Both the position numbers and the translations under genes were made by a program. Below the pieces are notes generated by a model. It ran no database searches. It was not told the DNA's origin and saw nothing but the letters and a program-made list of their open reading frames with translations. Positions 10,361-18,969 of a DNA stretch of 64,000 bases are shown here, piece after piece; position 1 is the first letter of the stretch; each line of letters starts with the position of its first letter. This DNA is from Bacteroidales bacterium (GTDB lineage Bacteria > Bacteroidota > Bacteroidia > Bacteroidales > WCHB1-69), in the NCBI GenBank assembly GCA_038210985.1, contig JBBQWB010000002.1, forward strand, positions 499 to 64,498, read 5' to 3'.

Positions 10361-10425
10361 TATAAAAGAAGGCAAACAACTTTCGGTTAAAATATTAAAA
10401 AATCTATTTTATCAATTCAAAAAAA

Positions 10426-11247
10426 ATGTACTTTTGCAACATGCAAAGAATTCAAAGACTTTTTATTATCTCAATTTTACTTTTAGTTATTCTTGTTAGC
10501 TCGTGTAACAGATACCAAAAGATATTGAAAAAAGGCGATTTGGAATTAAAATATCAAACAGCTTTTAAACTCTACGAAAAAGAGGATTATATTACTACTT
10601 TGCAGTTTTTAGATGAGCTCATCCCGTTGTATCGTGGTAGCGATAAATTGGCGAAATTAATGTACATTTATCCTTATTGTTATATGAAAAATGGCGATTA
10701 TATGGTGGCTGCTTATCATTTCAGACAATATGCTCGTTTGTTTCAGGGAACTCCCGAAGCCGAAGAATGCGACTATATGGCGGCTTACTGTTCGTACCTC
10801 GATTCGCCTCCTCCTAGTCTTGAACAAGAAAATACTACGGTTGCTATAAGCGAGTTGCAGCTATTTGTAAACAAATATCCAAAAAGCGAAAAAGTTGCAA
10901 AATGTAACGAATTAATAGACGAACTTAGAGCAAAATTATCGAAAAAAGATTTTGACATTGCTAAACTTTACTTTAACATCGAAAGCTATAATGCGGCTTC
11001 CATTGCTTTTAATAATTTAATAAAAGATTATCCCGATACCAAATATCGCGAAGAAGCATCCTTTTATTTAGTTAAAAACTACTACGAATATGCTATCCGA
11101 AGCACCGATAAAAAGAAAAAAGAACGTTTTCAAAAAGCAATTGAAGCAAACAAAAAACTAATCGAAAATTTTCCACAATCAAAATTTATTAAAGAGAGTG
11201 AAGAAATTGCGAAAATGTCGCAAAAACAAATTGAAAAAATTCAATAA
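10426..11247 (+). CDS. bamD: Outer membrane protein assembly factor BamD (TPR lipoprotein)
   Basis: Lipoprotein signal (LVILVSSC). TPR-like helical repeats. Conserved Bacteroidota neighbourhood bamD-rpoZ-coaBC-DUF4835-recN. An alternative start at 10441 (MQRIQ) is possible because TACTTTTG at 10429-10436 matches the Bacteroidota -7 promoter box. Confidence 0.8.
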   Translation: MYFCNMQRIQRLFIISILLLVILVSSCNRYQKILKKGDLELKYQTAFKLYEKEDYITTLQFLDELIPLYRGSDKLAKLMYIYPYCYMKNGDYMVAAYHFRQYARLFQGTPEAEECDYMAAYCSYLDSPPPSLEQENTTVAISELQLFVNKYPKSEKVAKCNELIDELRAKLSKKDFDIAKLYFNIESYNAASIAFNNLIKDYPDTKYREEASFYLVKNYYEYAIRSTDKKKKERFQKAIEANKKLIENFPQSKFIKESEEIAKMSQKQIEKIQ

Positions 11248-11266
11248 TTAATCAATTATATACAAA

Positions 11267-11602
11267 ATGGATTATAGAAAGTATAATACAGATACCCACG
11301 CTATTACACGTAATTTGAATGACTTCGACAAAGAAACCGTAAATGTTTACGAAAGTATTGTTGTCCTAGCCAGAAGAGCCAATCAAATTTCTTCGGATTT
11401 AAAAGAAGAGTTGAATAGAAAAATTAATGAGTTCTCAACTTCAAACGATAATTTGGAGGAAATATTCGAAAACCGTGAGCAAATTGAATTAGCTCGATAT
11501 TATGAACAACTACCTAAGCCTACTCTTATGGCTATTCATGAATTTCTTCACGATATGGTTTACTATAGAAATCCATCTAAAGAAAAAGATTCATTAGAAT
11601 AA
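11267..11602 (+). CDS. rpoZ: DNA-directed RNA polymerase subunit omega (Bacteroidota-type long form)
   Basis: NVYESIVVLARRANQI core motif. Size about 110 aa. Conserved position between bamD and coaBC. Confidence 0.7.
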   Translation: MDYRKYNTDTHAITRNLNDFDKETVNVYESIVVLARRANQISSDLKEELNRKINEFSTSNDNLEEIFENREQIELARYYEQLPKPTLMAIHEFLHDMVYYRNPSKEKDSLE

Positions 11603-11613
11603 TATCCGCTTCG

Positions 11614-12810
11614 ATGTCGGAAAAAAAGAAAATATTATTGGGAATAACGGGAGGAATTGCGGCTTATAAATCGCTTTTCCTTATTCGTTTATTTATTAAA
11701 AACAACTATCAAGTTAAGGTTGTCGCTACGCGTAATGCACTCGAATTTATTACGCCTCTTAGCATCGAAACACTGAGCAATAATAGATTGTATGCCGATG
11801 TTTTTGATTCACCCGACGAATATACCACCGAACATATTTCAATTACCGACGATGCAGACGTTTTTGTTGTGGCTCCAGCTACCGCAAATAGCATTGGAAA
11901 ATTTGCAAACGGTATTGCCGACGATGCCCTTTCAACTACATTTTTAGCTTTTAATAAAACTGTTTTTATAGCTCGTTCCATGAATACTAAAATGATGGAG
12001 CATTATACGGTTACTAAAAATATTAATTATTTAAAAAGCAATGGCGTTCATTTTATCGAACCGGAAGTTGGCGATTTAGCATGTGGTTACCAAGGTAAAG
12101 GTCGTATGGCCGAACCAGAAGCTATTTTTGAGCAAGTTCATAATTTCTTTCGTGGGGAACAAAAATTTAAAGGGAAAAAAGTGCTAATTTCTGCTGGACC
12201 AACCCACGAATCTATCGATCCTGTTAGATTTATTGGAAATTATTCGAGCGGAAAAATGGGCTTTCATTTAGCCGAAGAATTTGAAAAAAATGGAGCTGAG
12301 GTTGTGCTAATTGCTGGCCCAGTAGCACTAAAAACACCCAGCAACATTCGACGAATCAATATTACTACCGCCGAGGAGATGCTTAATGCATGTAAATCCG
12401 AATTTTTAACTGCCGATATTACCATTATGGCTGCTGCCGTTGCCGACTATAAACCTGCTGAAGTTAGTTTGCAAAAAATTAAAAAATCGGAAAATCATTT
12501 GGAATTACAACTTACAAAAACAACCGATATTCTTGGTACATTAGGTAGAATGAAAAAGTTGAATCAGTTTTTAGTTGGTTTTGCTTTAGAAACAAATAAT
12601 GAAAAAGAAAATGCACTTTCTAAGTTACATACTAAAAACCTTGATTTTATCGTTCTTAATTCCTTGAACGACAATGGTGCTGGCTTTGCTCATAATACGA
12701 ACAAAATAACCATCATGGATAAACAAGGAAATATCACGGACTATCCTTTAAAATCTAAAAAAGAGGTAGCTCGAGATATTTTATTGCATATTGAAAAACA
12801 AATGGATTAA
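11614..12810 (+). CDS. coaBC: Bifunctional phosphopantothenoylcysteine decarboxylase / phosphopantothenate-cysteine ligase
   Basis: N-terminal flavoprotein motif ILLGITGGIAAYK and PATANSIGKFANGIADD. C-terminal CoaB motifs ISAGPTHESIDPVRFIGNYSSGKMG and AAAVADYKP. Confidence 0.92.
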   Translation: MSEKKKILLGITGGIAAYKSLFLIRLFIKNNYQVKVVATRNALEFITPLSIETLSNNRLYADVFDSPDEYTTEHISITDDADVFVVAPATANSIGKFANGIADDALSTTFLAFNKTVFIARSMNTKMMEHYTVTKNINYLKSNGVHFIEPEVGDLACGYQGKGRMAEPEAIFEQVHNFFRGEQKFKGKKVLISAGPTHESIDPVRFIGNYSSGKMGFHLAEEFEKNGAEVVLIAGPVALKTPSNIRRINITTAEEMLNACKSEFLTADITIMAAAVADYKPAEVSLQKIKKSENHLELQLTKTTDILGTLGRMKKLNQFLVGFALETNNEKENALSKLHTKNLDFIVLNSLNDNGAGFAHNTNKITIMDKQGNITDYPLKSKKEVARDILLHIEKQMD

Positions 12811-12829
12811 ATCACTGGAACAAAAGCTT

Positions 12830-13741
12830 ATGAAACAAATAAAATCGACTTTTCTGTTATTGATAATCTTGGTATTTGCTTCTGTTTCTGCCATGGCACA
12901 GGAATTTATTTGTCAGGTTATGATAAATACTTCCAAAATACAAACGGCTGACAAAACCCGTTACGAAACACTTCAAAAAGATTTATACGAATTTGTAAAC
13001 AATCGTACATGGACAAATTATCAGTTTAAAACCGAAGAGAAAATTGAGTGTAGTATTATGATTATTTTGGATGATCCAGGCTCGAGCAATGACATGAAGG
13101 GAACTATGACAGTGCAACTTCGACGTCCTGTTTTTAAGTCTTCGTACAATACCGTTTTGATGAATTACATCGATAAGGATATTCAGTTTACCTATGTTCA
13201 AAACGAACCATTAGAATATGTCGAAAATGCTTTTACCAACAACTTAACTTCGCTTATCTCATTTTATGTAAATATGTTTTTGGGAATGAGTTTCGACACT
13301 TTTAGCCAAAATGGTGGAGGCGAGTTTTACCAAAAAGCAAATAGCATTGTAAATACCTGTCAAAACCGAAGCGAAATTGGATGGAAATCGTTCGAAAATC
13401 AAAAAAACCGCTATTGGATGGTCGAAAATTTACAAAATTCAACCTATGCGAAAGTGCGTGAATTTTTGTATAAATACCATCGCTTAGGATTAGATGCAAT
13501 GGCAGATAATGTAGAACAAGCTCGGCAGGTTATTACCGAAAGTTTGGAGCTTTTGCAAATGGCTAATCGCGAACGTCCAGGTCTTTTTATAATTTCGATG
13601 ATTGTAATGGCTAAATCCGACGAAATAATAAATATCTATTCTCAAGCTAATCAGTCCGAAAAGAATAAAGTAGTTGCCATTATGCGTGAACTCGATCCTG
13701 CTAATGCTGCAAAATATCAGCAAATCGTTACTCCAAAATAA
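12830..13741 (+). CDS. DUF4835 family protein (I recall this family being labelled T9SS-associated PorD in some annotation sets; not verified)
   Basis: The start is moved to MKQIKSTFLLLIILVFASVSAMAQE (signal peptide), because the longer ORF overlaps the coaBC end. The family-typical segment is EFICQVMINTSKIQTADKTRYETLQKDLYEFVNNRTWTNYQF. It holds the conserved position before recN. Confidence 0.7.
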   Translation: MKQIKSTFLLLIILVFASVSAMAQEFICQVMINTSKIQTADKTRYETLQKDLYEFVNNRTWTNYQFKTEEKIECSIMIILDDPGSSNDMKGTMTVQLRRPVFKSSYNTVLMNYIDKDIQFTYVQNEPLEYVENAFTNNLTSLISFYVNMFLGMSFDTFSQNGGGEFYQKANSIVNTCQNRSEIGWKSFENQKNRYWMVENLQNSTYAKVREFLYKYHRLGLDAMADNVEQARQVITESLELLQMANRERPGLFIISMIVMAKSDEIINIYSQANQSEKNKVVAIMRELDPANAAKYQQIVTPK

Positions 13742-13748
13742 AACGATT

Positions 13749-15404
13749 ATGTTGAAATCTTTAGTAGTCGAAAACTATGCTCTTATCCGAAGAGTAGAAA
13801 TACATTTCGATAATGGATTTCATGTTATTACTGGCGAAACAGGTGCCGGAAAATCCATTTTGGTTGGTGCTTTGTCACTTTTGCTTGGACAAAGAGCCGA
13901 TACCGCCATGGTTTCCGACTCTACCAAAAAATGTATTGTCGAAGGCGTTTTTGATATTCAAGGATTGGATTTAAAAGAGTTCTTTATTCACTACGACCTC
14001 GATTTCGATATTCAAATTATTATTCGTCGAGAAATTAATCAACAAGGTAAATCACGTGCTTTTATAAACGACACTCCCGTAGCTTTAAACGTGCTAAAAG
14101 AACTAAGTTCACAACTCTTCGATATTCATTCGCAACACGAAAATCTACTGATTGCAAATAAGGATTTTCAACTCAATTTAATCGACCAGTTTACCCGCAA
14201 TAAATTACTAAAAGATTCATATCAAGAGTTTTATAAAAGATATAAAAAACTTGAAAACGAATTAAATGCACTAATGGAAATTGAAGCAAAATCGATTAGT
14301 GATCGAGATTATTATGAGTTTTTATTTAAAGAATTAACGGCTTCATCGCTGGCAGAAAACGAGTTGCCGTTGATTGAAGAGGAGTTAAATACCTTGCAAA
14401 ATATTGAAACCATAAAACATTCGTTTGCCAAAATTGAAGATATTTTAAATTCTTCCGAATTAAATGTCCATACATTATTGGTTGAAGTAAAGCAATCTCT
14501 GTCTGAAGTTAAAAAATTCTATCAACCAGCTAATGAACTTTACGAACGCATTAGTTCGGTTTTACTCGAAATTAACGATGTGGCTTCGGATGCAGAAAGA
14601 ATTGGAAATGAGTTAAGTGTCAATCCTGAACGAATTTCGTTATTAAACGAGCGTTTAAATTTATTGAATCATCTTTGTGTGAAACATCATGTTAACAACA
14701 CAGATGAATTAATAGTTTTGATGAACGAATTTGACACAAAATTACAGTCAATTTCGAGTTTGCATGATAAAATTGAGAATTGCAACAAAGAGCTTTTGTT
14801 TATTAAAGAAAAAATGCACGATGCAGCTCTAAAACTCTCTGACTCACGAAAAAAAGCAATTCCTGCAATAGTTTCCGAAATTTCAAATATTGCTATTGAT
14901 TTAGCAATGCCAGATATTCAGATGGAAATTTCGCAACGTATTACCGAAAATTATTATTCCGAAGGGATAGACTATGTGGAGATACTTTTTTCGGCTAACA
15001 AAGGGATGTTGCTTCGACCTTTGGACAAAATTGCCTCAGGTGGCGAGTTGTCGAGAATAATGCTTGCAGTTAAATCCATTGTTTCGGAAAGAAATGTTAT
15101 TCCAATAGTTGTTTTTGATGAAATAGACACTGGCGTTTCGGGCGATATTGCAGCAAAAGTAGCTTCCATAATGAAAAAAATGTCGAAAAACATGCAGGTA
15201 ATTGCAATAACACATTTACCTCAAATTGCTGCAAAAGCAGATATTCATTTTTGGGTGTATAAACAAACCGATGAAGATAAAACGGTTTCAAACATCAAGG
15301 TTCTATCCAAAGAGCAACGCATAAAAGAAATTGCTAAAATGATAAGCAACGATACCATCAGCAAGGCTTCCATAGGTGCCGCCGAGGAGCTGTTAGGTTT
15401 TTAA
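13749..15404 (+). CDS. recN: DNA repair protein RecN
   Basis: MLKSLVVENYALIRRVEIHF, Walker A GETGAGKSIL, long coiled-coil, C-terminal ASGGELSRIMLA and VVFDEIDTGVSG. The start is taken at ATG 13749, because the ORF-track start at 13674 overlaps the upstream gene. Confidence 0.93.
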   Translation: MLKSLVVENYALIRRVEIHFDNGFHVITGETGAGKSILVGALSLLLGQRADTAMVSDSTKKCIVEGVFDIQGLDLKEFFIHYDLDFDIQIIIRREINQQGKSRAFINDTPVALNVLKELSSQLFDIHSQHENLLIANKDFQLNLIDQFTRNKLLKDSYQEFYKRYKKLENELNALMEIEAKSISDRDYYEFLFKELTASSLAENELPLIEEELNTLQNIETIKHSFAKIEDILNSSELNVHTLLVEVKQSLSEVKKFYQPANELYERISSVLLEINDVASDAERIGNELSVNPERISLLNERLNLLNHLCVKHHVNNTDELIVLMNEFDTKLQSISSLHDKIENCNKELLFIKEKMHDAALKLSDSRKKAIPAIVSEISNIAIDLAMPDIQMEISQRITENYYSEGIDYVEILFSANKGMLLRPLDKIASGGELSRIMLAVKSIVSERNVIPIVVFDEIDTGVSGDIAAKVASIMKKMSKNMQVIAITHLPQIAAKADIHFWVYKQTDEDKTVSNIKVLSKEQRIKEIAKMISNDTISKASIGAAEELLGF

Positions 15405-15433
15405 TTCTTTCCAAATCCGAACAAACAAAAGCA

Positions 15434-15515
15434 GTCATCCTGAGCTTATCGACAAAAGTGAAAAATCTCCAAAACCGTCATCCTGATTCGACTTCGCCGC
15501 GGCGAATCACCATGA
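15434..15515. repeat. REP-like intergenic element: two gtcatcctga motifs plus a GC-rich palindrome
   Basis: gtcatcctga occurs at 15434 and 15477. The perfect 14-nt palindrome ttcgccgcggcgaa lies at 15493-15506. Related gtcatttcga motifs occur at 26971-27010, 27151-27187 and 56175-56210. Confidence 0.6.
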
Positions 15516-15624
15516 CCAACGCACGACAAAGATTCAACATTAAAATTTATAAAGATTGTTATACCTTACCGCAGGGAGGAGCCTTAAAACACTTTTATTA
15601 AAGTAAATTCATAATTGAAATCTT

Positions 15625-15641
15625 TTCGGACAATATTGATA
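15625..15641 (+). promoter_or_regulatory. Copy of the conserved motif ttcggacaatattgata (related to the 21-nt motif at 36264 and 56233), upstream of the 15704 gene
   Basis: It shares cggacaata-tgat with the two identical copies. It is on the same strand and lies about 77 nt from the downstream ATG. Confidence 0.35.
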
Positions 15642-15703
15642 TTTTTAACTAAATTTATGGAGAATACAAAATATTATCACATATTTGCACTTAAATATTC
15701 AAA

Positions 15704-16219
15704 ATGTCGCCGATTAAAAAATCTTTCTCTTTCATTTTAATTTTAGCCATTTTATTTAATTCGGGTGGTTACTACTTTTTATTTTGTATAATGCAAAATA
15801 ACATTCAACGTGAAATTAAGCATAAAATACGAAATTCGTTAAACGATGAAGAGCTAACTCTAATTGTAAGCTCAAAAGAAAACGAAAAAAAAATTCAGTG
15901 GATTAAACCGAATAAAGAATTTCGATTTAAAGGAGAAATGTATGATGTTGTTCGAGCTACAATGGTAAAAGGTATTAAATATTTATACTGTATTAACGAC
16001 TCAAAAGAAAAAACGCTTTTAGCTAATTACAATAAAAATCACAACAACAGAAATGGCTTTAGTAAACGGTTTAAACGAATGTTAACCAATATGTTTTTCC
16101 CAAAAAGTCAAATCCTTTTAAGCAGTCTCTATTCTTCAAAATATTCATACAATATTTTTGTATTTAATTTTTCGAGTATTATTATTGAAAAGTCCTCTCC
16201 ACCACCTAAAATCTGCTAA
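15704..16219 (+). CDS. Hypothetical membrane-anchored protein (single N-terminal TM)
   Basis: N-terminal hydrophobic segment FSFILILAILFNSGGYYFLFCI. No recognisable catalytic motifs. It lies upstream of a TonB-dependent receptor. Confidence 0.5.
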   Translation: MSPIKKSFSFILILAILFNSGGYYFLFCIMQNNIQREIKHKIRNSLNDEELTLIVSSKENEKKIQWIKPNKEFRFKGEMYDVVRATMVKGIKYLYCINDSKEKTLLANYNKNHNNRNGFSKRFKRMLTNMFFPKSQILLSSLYSSKYSYNIFVFNFSSIIIEKSSPPPKIC

Positions 16220-16410
16220 TTTTTTCAATTAAAATATCCCTATATTTTGTAATTATTGCTTTTACGTTCACATAATTTCATGTGGAGATGCTTTTATTTT
16301 CATCTCAAAAAAGATTATGAATGTAATACTATTACTTAGATTAAATTAATCCAATGGATAATTTGGTTTTAGTAATGGTGTTATTTGAATTGTAAACGTG
16401 AATATTACAA

Positions 16411-16604
16411 GGGGCTTCTAAAAATTAGATTTTTTGAGGCGATTAAGATTTTTCGCAATCCCGATTTAGATTTTGTAAGTTTTCAACGCTATTTTAGACA
16501 CTAAGCATAAAGATGAAAGGCGTTGAAATTCAACAAAATATTAATCGGGATGAGGATTTCAAAATTGAAAAACAACGATGAAAAAGCAATTTTTAGAAGT
16601 CACC
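16411..16604. repeat. Long imperfect inverted repeat (~190 nt hairpin or MITE-like element) upstream of the TonB-dependent receptor
   Basis: Three matched arm segments: cttctaaaaatt (16415-16426) with aatttttagaag (16588-16599); atcccgatt (16458-16466) with aatcgggat (16543-16551); tttcaacgc (16481-16489) with gcgttgaaa (16520-16528). Arm spacing is nearly symmetric. Confidence 0.6.
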
Positions 16605-16693
16605 ACAATTTTAAAAAATCAAATTTATTCATTGACGTAAATTCTTTTGAAAAATTTAATCTATCAGAAGTTTAATTAAATAATACAAAAAAC

Positions 16694-18838
16694 ATGAAAA
16701 AAAAATTATCCATAATCTCTTTATTGTTTTGCTTTGGCGTGGTTTTATACGGTCAAAATGAGAAAAACGACACGAGCAAAACACTAAAAGAAGTAACCAT
16801 AGTTTCAAACAGATTACCAATTTTATTAAAAAATAATCCAGGCTCTATTTCTTTTGTTTCCACCGAAATGTTATCTGTAATTCCAAAAGGAATAGGTGTT
16901 GAAGAGGCTTTACGCCTGGTTCCAGGTGTGCGTGTCGACAATCAACACGACGGCGAACGGGTTCATATTTCCATTCGTGGTCAAGGTATATTAACCGAAC
17001 GAGGTGTCAGAGGAATTGGTGTAATTGTCGATGGAATTCCAGTGAATGATCCATCTGGTTTTGTTCCTGATTTATACGACATCGACTGGAATACCGTTAA
17101 AAATATCGAGGTTTTACGAGGTCCAATAACTGGTTTATATGGAGGTGGCGGAGCTGCTGGTGCCTTATATATTACCACACAAGACGGAGGTCCAAAACCA
17201 ATTGGTGGAATTATTAGCCAAACACTTGGTTCCAATGGATTTTCAAAGTCGTTATTGCAGATAGATGGATCGAAAGAAGTTTTCGATTATCGAGTAAGTT
17301 TTTCCCGAACTGATGGCGATGGGTATCGCGACCATCAAGCATTTTGGAGTAATAAATTATACGAAAAAATAAACTTTCATCCTTCCAAAAAGCTCTCTAT
17401 AACTCAAATTATTTCACATACCGATTACTTTCAACAAAATCCCGAAGGTTTAAACACCGTCCAATTTAACAATTTGCTTCAAGCAAACCCCGATGCTTGC
17501 CCGTTTAACGAATATCAAAAAACAAATCGCACAACCATTGGTTTTATTGGAACCTACAAAATTAATGAGCAACAAGATGTGATGATTTCAACTTTTATAC
17601 GTTCGTGGAATTATAAGGAAACCAGTAACAAATGTGCTGAATACCGAGCCATAAATAATCCGGGAGCGAACGCACAATATAACGTGCACTTTTCAAACGG
17701 GAAATTTTCAAACAATTTTAGTATAGGTGCCGATGTAAAATGGCAAACCATCAATATGTATAAGTTAGTAAGTACCAATAATTTAAACAGAATCGAGAGC
17801 ACCGATGAAACTAATCTGGAAACAGGCGTGTTATTGGCAAATCAAATTATTATGCAACGTAGCTCTGGAGTTTATGGATTATACAAAATGGAGATTGGGA
17901 AATTTAGTTTAATGGTCAATGGTCGCTACGATGACATTTATAACCAATTAACCAATAAAATGATTGGTGCTGATAGTGCAGAAACTACCAAGGATTTTTC
18001 ACAAATTTCTGTTCGTGCAGGTGCAAGCTATAACTTTATGGATGCATTAACTGTTTTTGTTAATTGGAGTCAGGGTTTTATGCCACCATCTACCGAAGAA
18101 CTTGCTAGTAATCCAATTGGATATTCGGGATTTAATACATATCTTGTTCCTGCTACATCTAATTGTATAGAAATTGGAGCACGTGGATTTATTGGTAAAA
18201 ATATTTATTACGAAATTACTGGTTTTAACATGGATACCCAAAACGATTTCTTCCGATTTAAACAAACCGGACGTGGAAATCAAGAGGTTTTTTATGGAAA
18301 TGCTGGCAATAGCAACAGAAAAGGGCTTGAAACCTCTGCTTCGATTAAAATGTTCAACCATTTAAATCTTCAAGTGGCTTACACTTATGCAGATTACAAA
18401 TACACTTCGTCCACTATCGACCCAATTTATACCGATACTGCTTATGTGCTAACCACTCCTCCTGCATCCGGACAATATTTACCAAACTCACCTACTCATC
18501 AGTTGTATGCCGAACTTACGTATAAGATTAATAAAAACTTTTCTATAATTTTGGGTACAGAATATCAATCGAAATGGGCAATTTATACCGATGCAAAAGC
18601 ATATAATGGAGAACTTGACCCTGCTATTTATCAAAACTGGCAAAATGGTTTTAACCTTTACCACGCACGAGTTTCGTATGAATGGAACCTATGGAAGCTA
18701 AAAGGCGAATGCAGTTTATCGGCTCGTAATTTTACTGGCGTAAAATACATGGCATTTACCGAACCTGATCCTGATGGTAATTCATATCAACCAGGTCTAA
18801 GCACCGAATTGTTTGGAGCTGTTAAAATTCGTTTCTAG
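16694..18838 (+). CDS. TonB-dependent outer-membrane receptor
   Basis: Signal peptide. Plug-domain motifs (EALRLVPGVRVDN, ISIRGQG, VIVDGIPVND, IEVLRGP). Long beta-barrel ending in an aromatic residue (VKIRF). Confidence 0.9.
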   Translation: MKKKLSIISLLFCFGVVLYGQNEKNDTSKTLKEVTIVSNRLPILLKNNPGSISFVSTEMLSVIPKGIGVEEALRLVPGVRVDNQHDGERVHISIRGQGILTERGVRGIGVIVDGIPVNDPSGFVPDLYDIDWNTVKNIEVLRGPITGLYGGGGAAGALYITTQDGGPKPIGGIISQTLGSNGFSKSLLQIDGSKEVFDYRVSFSRTDGDGYRDHQAFWSNKLYEKINFHPSKKLSITQIISHTDYFQQNPEGLNTVQFNNLLQANPDACPFNEYQKTNRTTIGFIGTYKINEQQDVMISTFIRSWNYKETSNKCAEYRAINNPGANAQYNVHFSNGKFSNNFSIGADVKWQTINMYKLVSTNNLNRIESTDETNLETGVLLANQIIMQRSSGVYGLYKMEIGKFSLMVNGRYDDIYNQLTNKMIGADSAETTKDFSQISVRAGASYNFMDALTVFVNWSQGFMPPSTEELASNPIGYSGFNTYLVPATSNCIEIGARGFIGKNIYYEITGFNMDTQNDFFRFKQTGRGNQEVFYGNAGNSNRKGLETSASIKMFNHLNLQVAYTYADYKYTSSTIDPIYTDTAYVLTTPPASGQYLPNSPTHQLYAELTYKINKNFSIILGTEYQSKWAIYTDAKAYNGELDPAIYQNWQNGFNLYHARVSYEWNLWKLKGECSLSARNFTGVKYMAFTEPDPDGNSYQPGLSTELFGAVKIRF

Positions 18839-18856
18839 TATTAATTGTTAAAAAAA

Positions 18857-18888
18857 AGCTCAAGCAATTTTTAGCTTGAGCTTTTTTT
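18857..18888. terminator. Bidirectional rho-independent terminator between convergent genes
   Basis: agctcaagc-aattttt-agcttgagct stem-loop, flanked by an A-run upstream and a T-run downstream. Confidence 0.75.
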
Positions 18889-18969
18889 ATTGGTAATATA
18901 ATACCTTAAACTATTATAATACAGGGCTATAATTTAAGCCTACATATTTTTAGTTTATTCGTACGGATA

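Noticed and set aside
10429-10436. TACTTTTG -7-type promoter box lying inside the annotated 5' end of bamD
   Set aside because: It is not reported as a finding. It only creates start-codon ambiguity (10426 versus 10441), and a single 8-mer match in AT-rich DNA is weak evidence.
16230-16693. Cobalamin riboswitch or Fur box upstream of the TonB-dependent receptor
   Set aside because: There is no B12 box and no GGGAA/CCGGTG core on either strand. The sequence gattatgaatgtaatac matches the Fur consensus only loosely.
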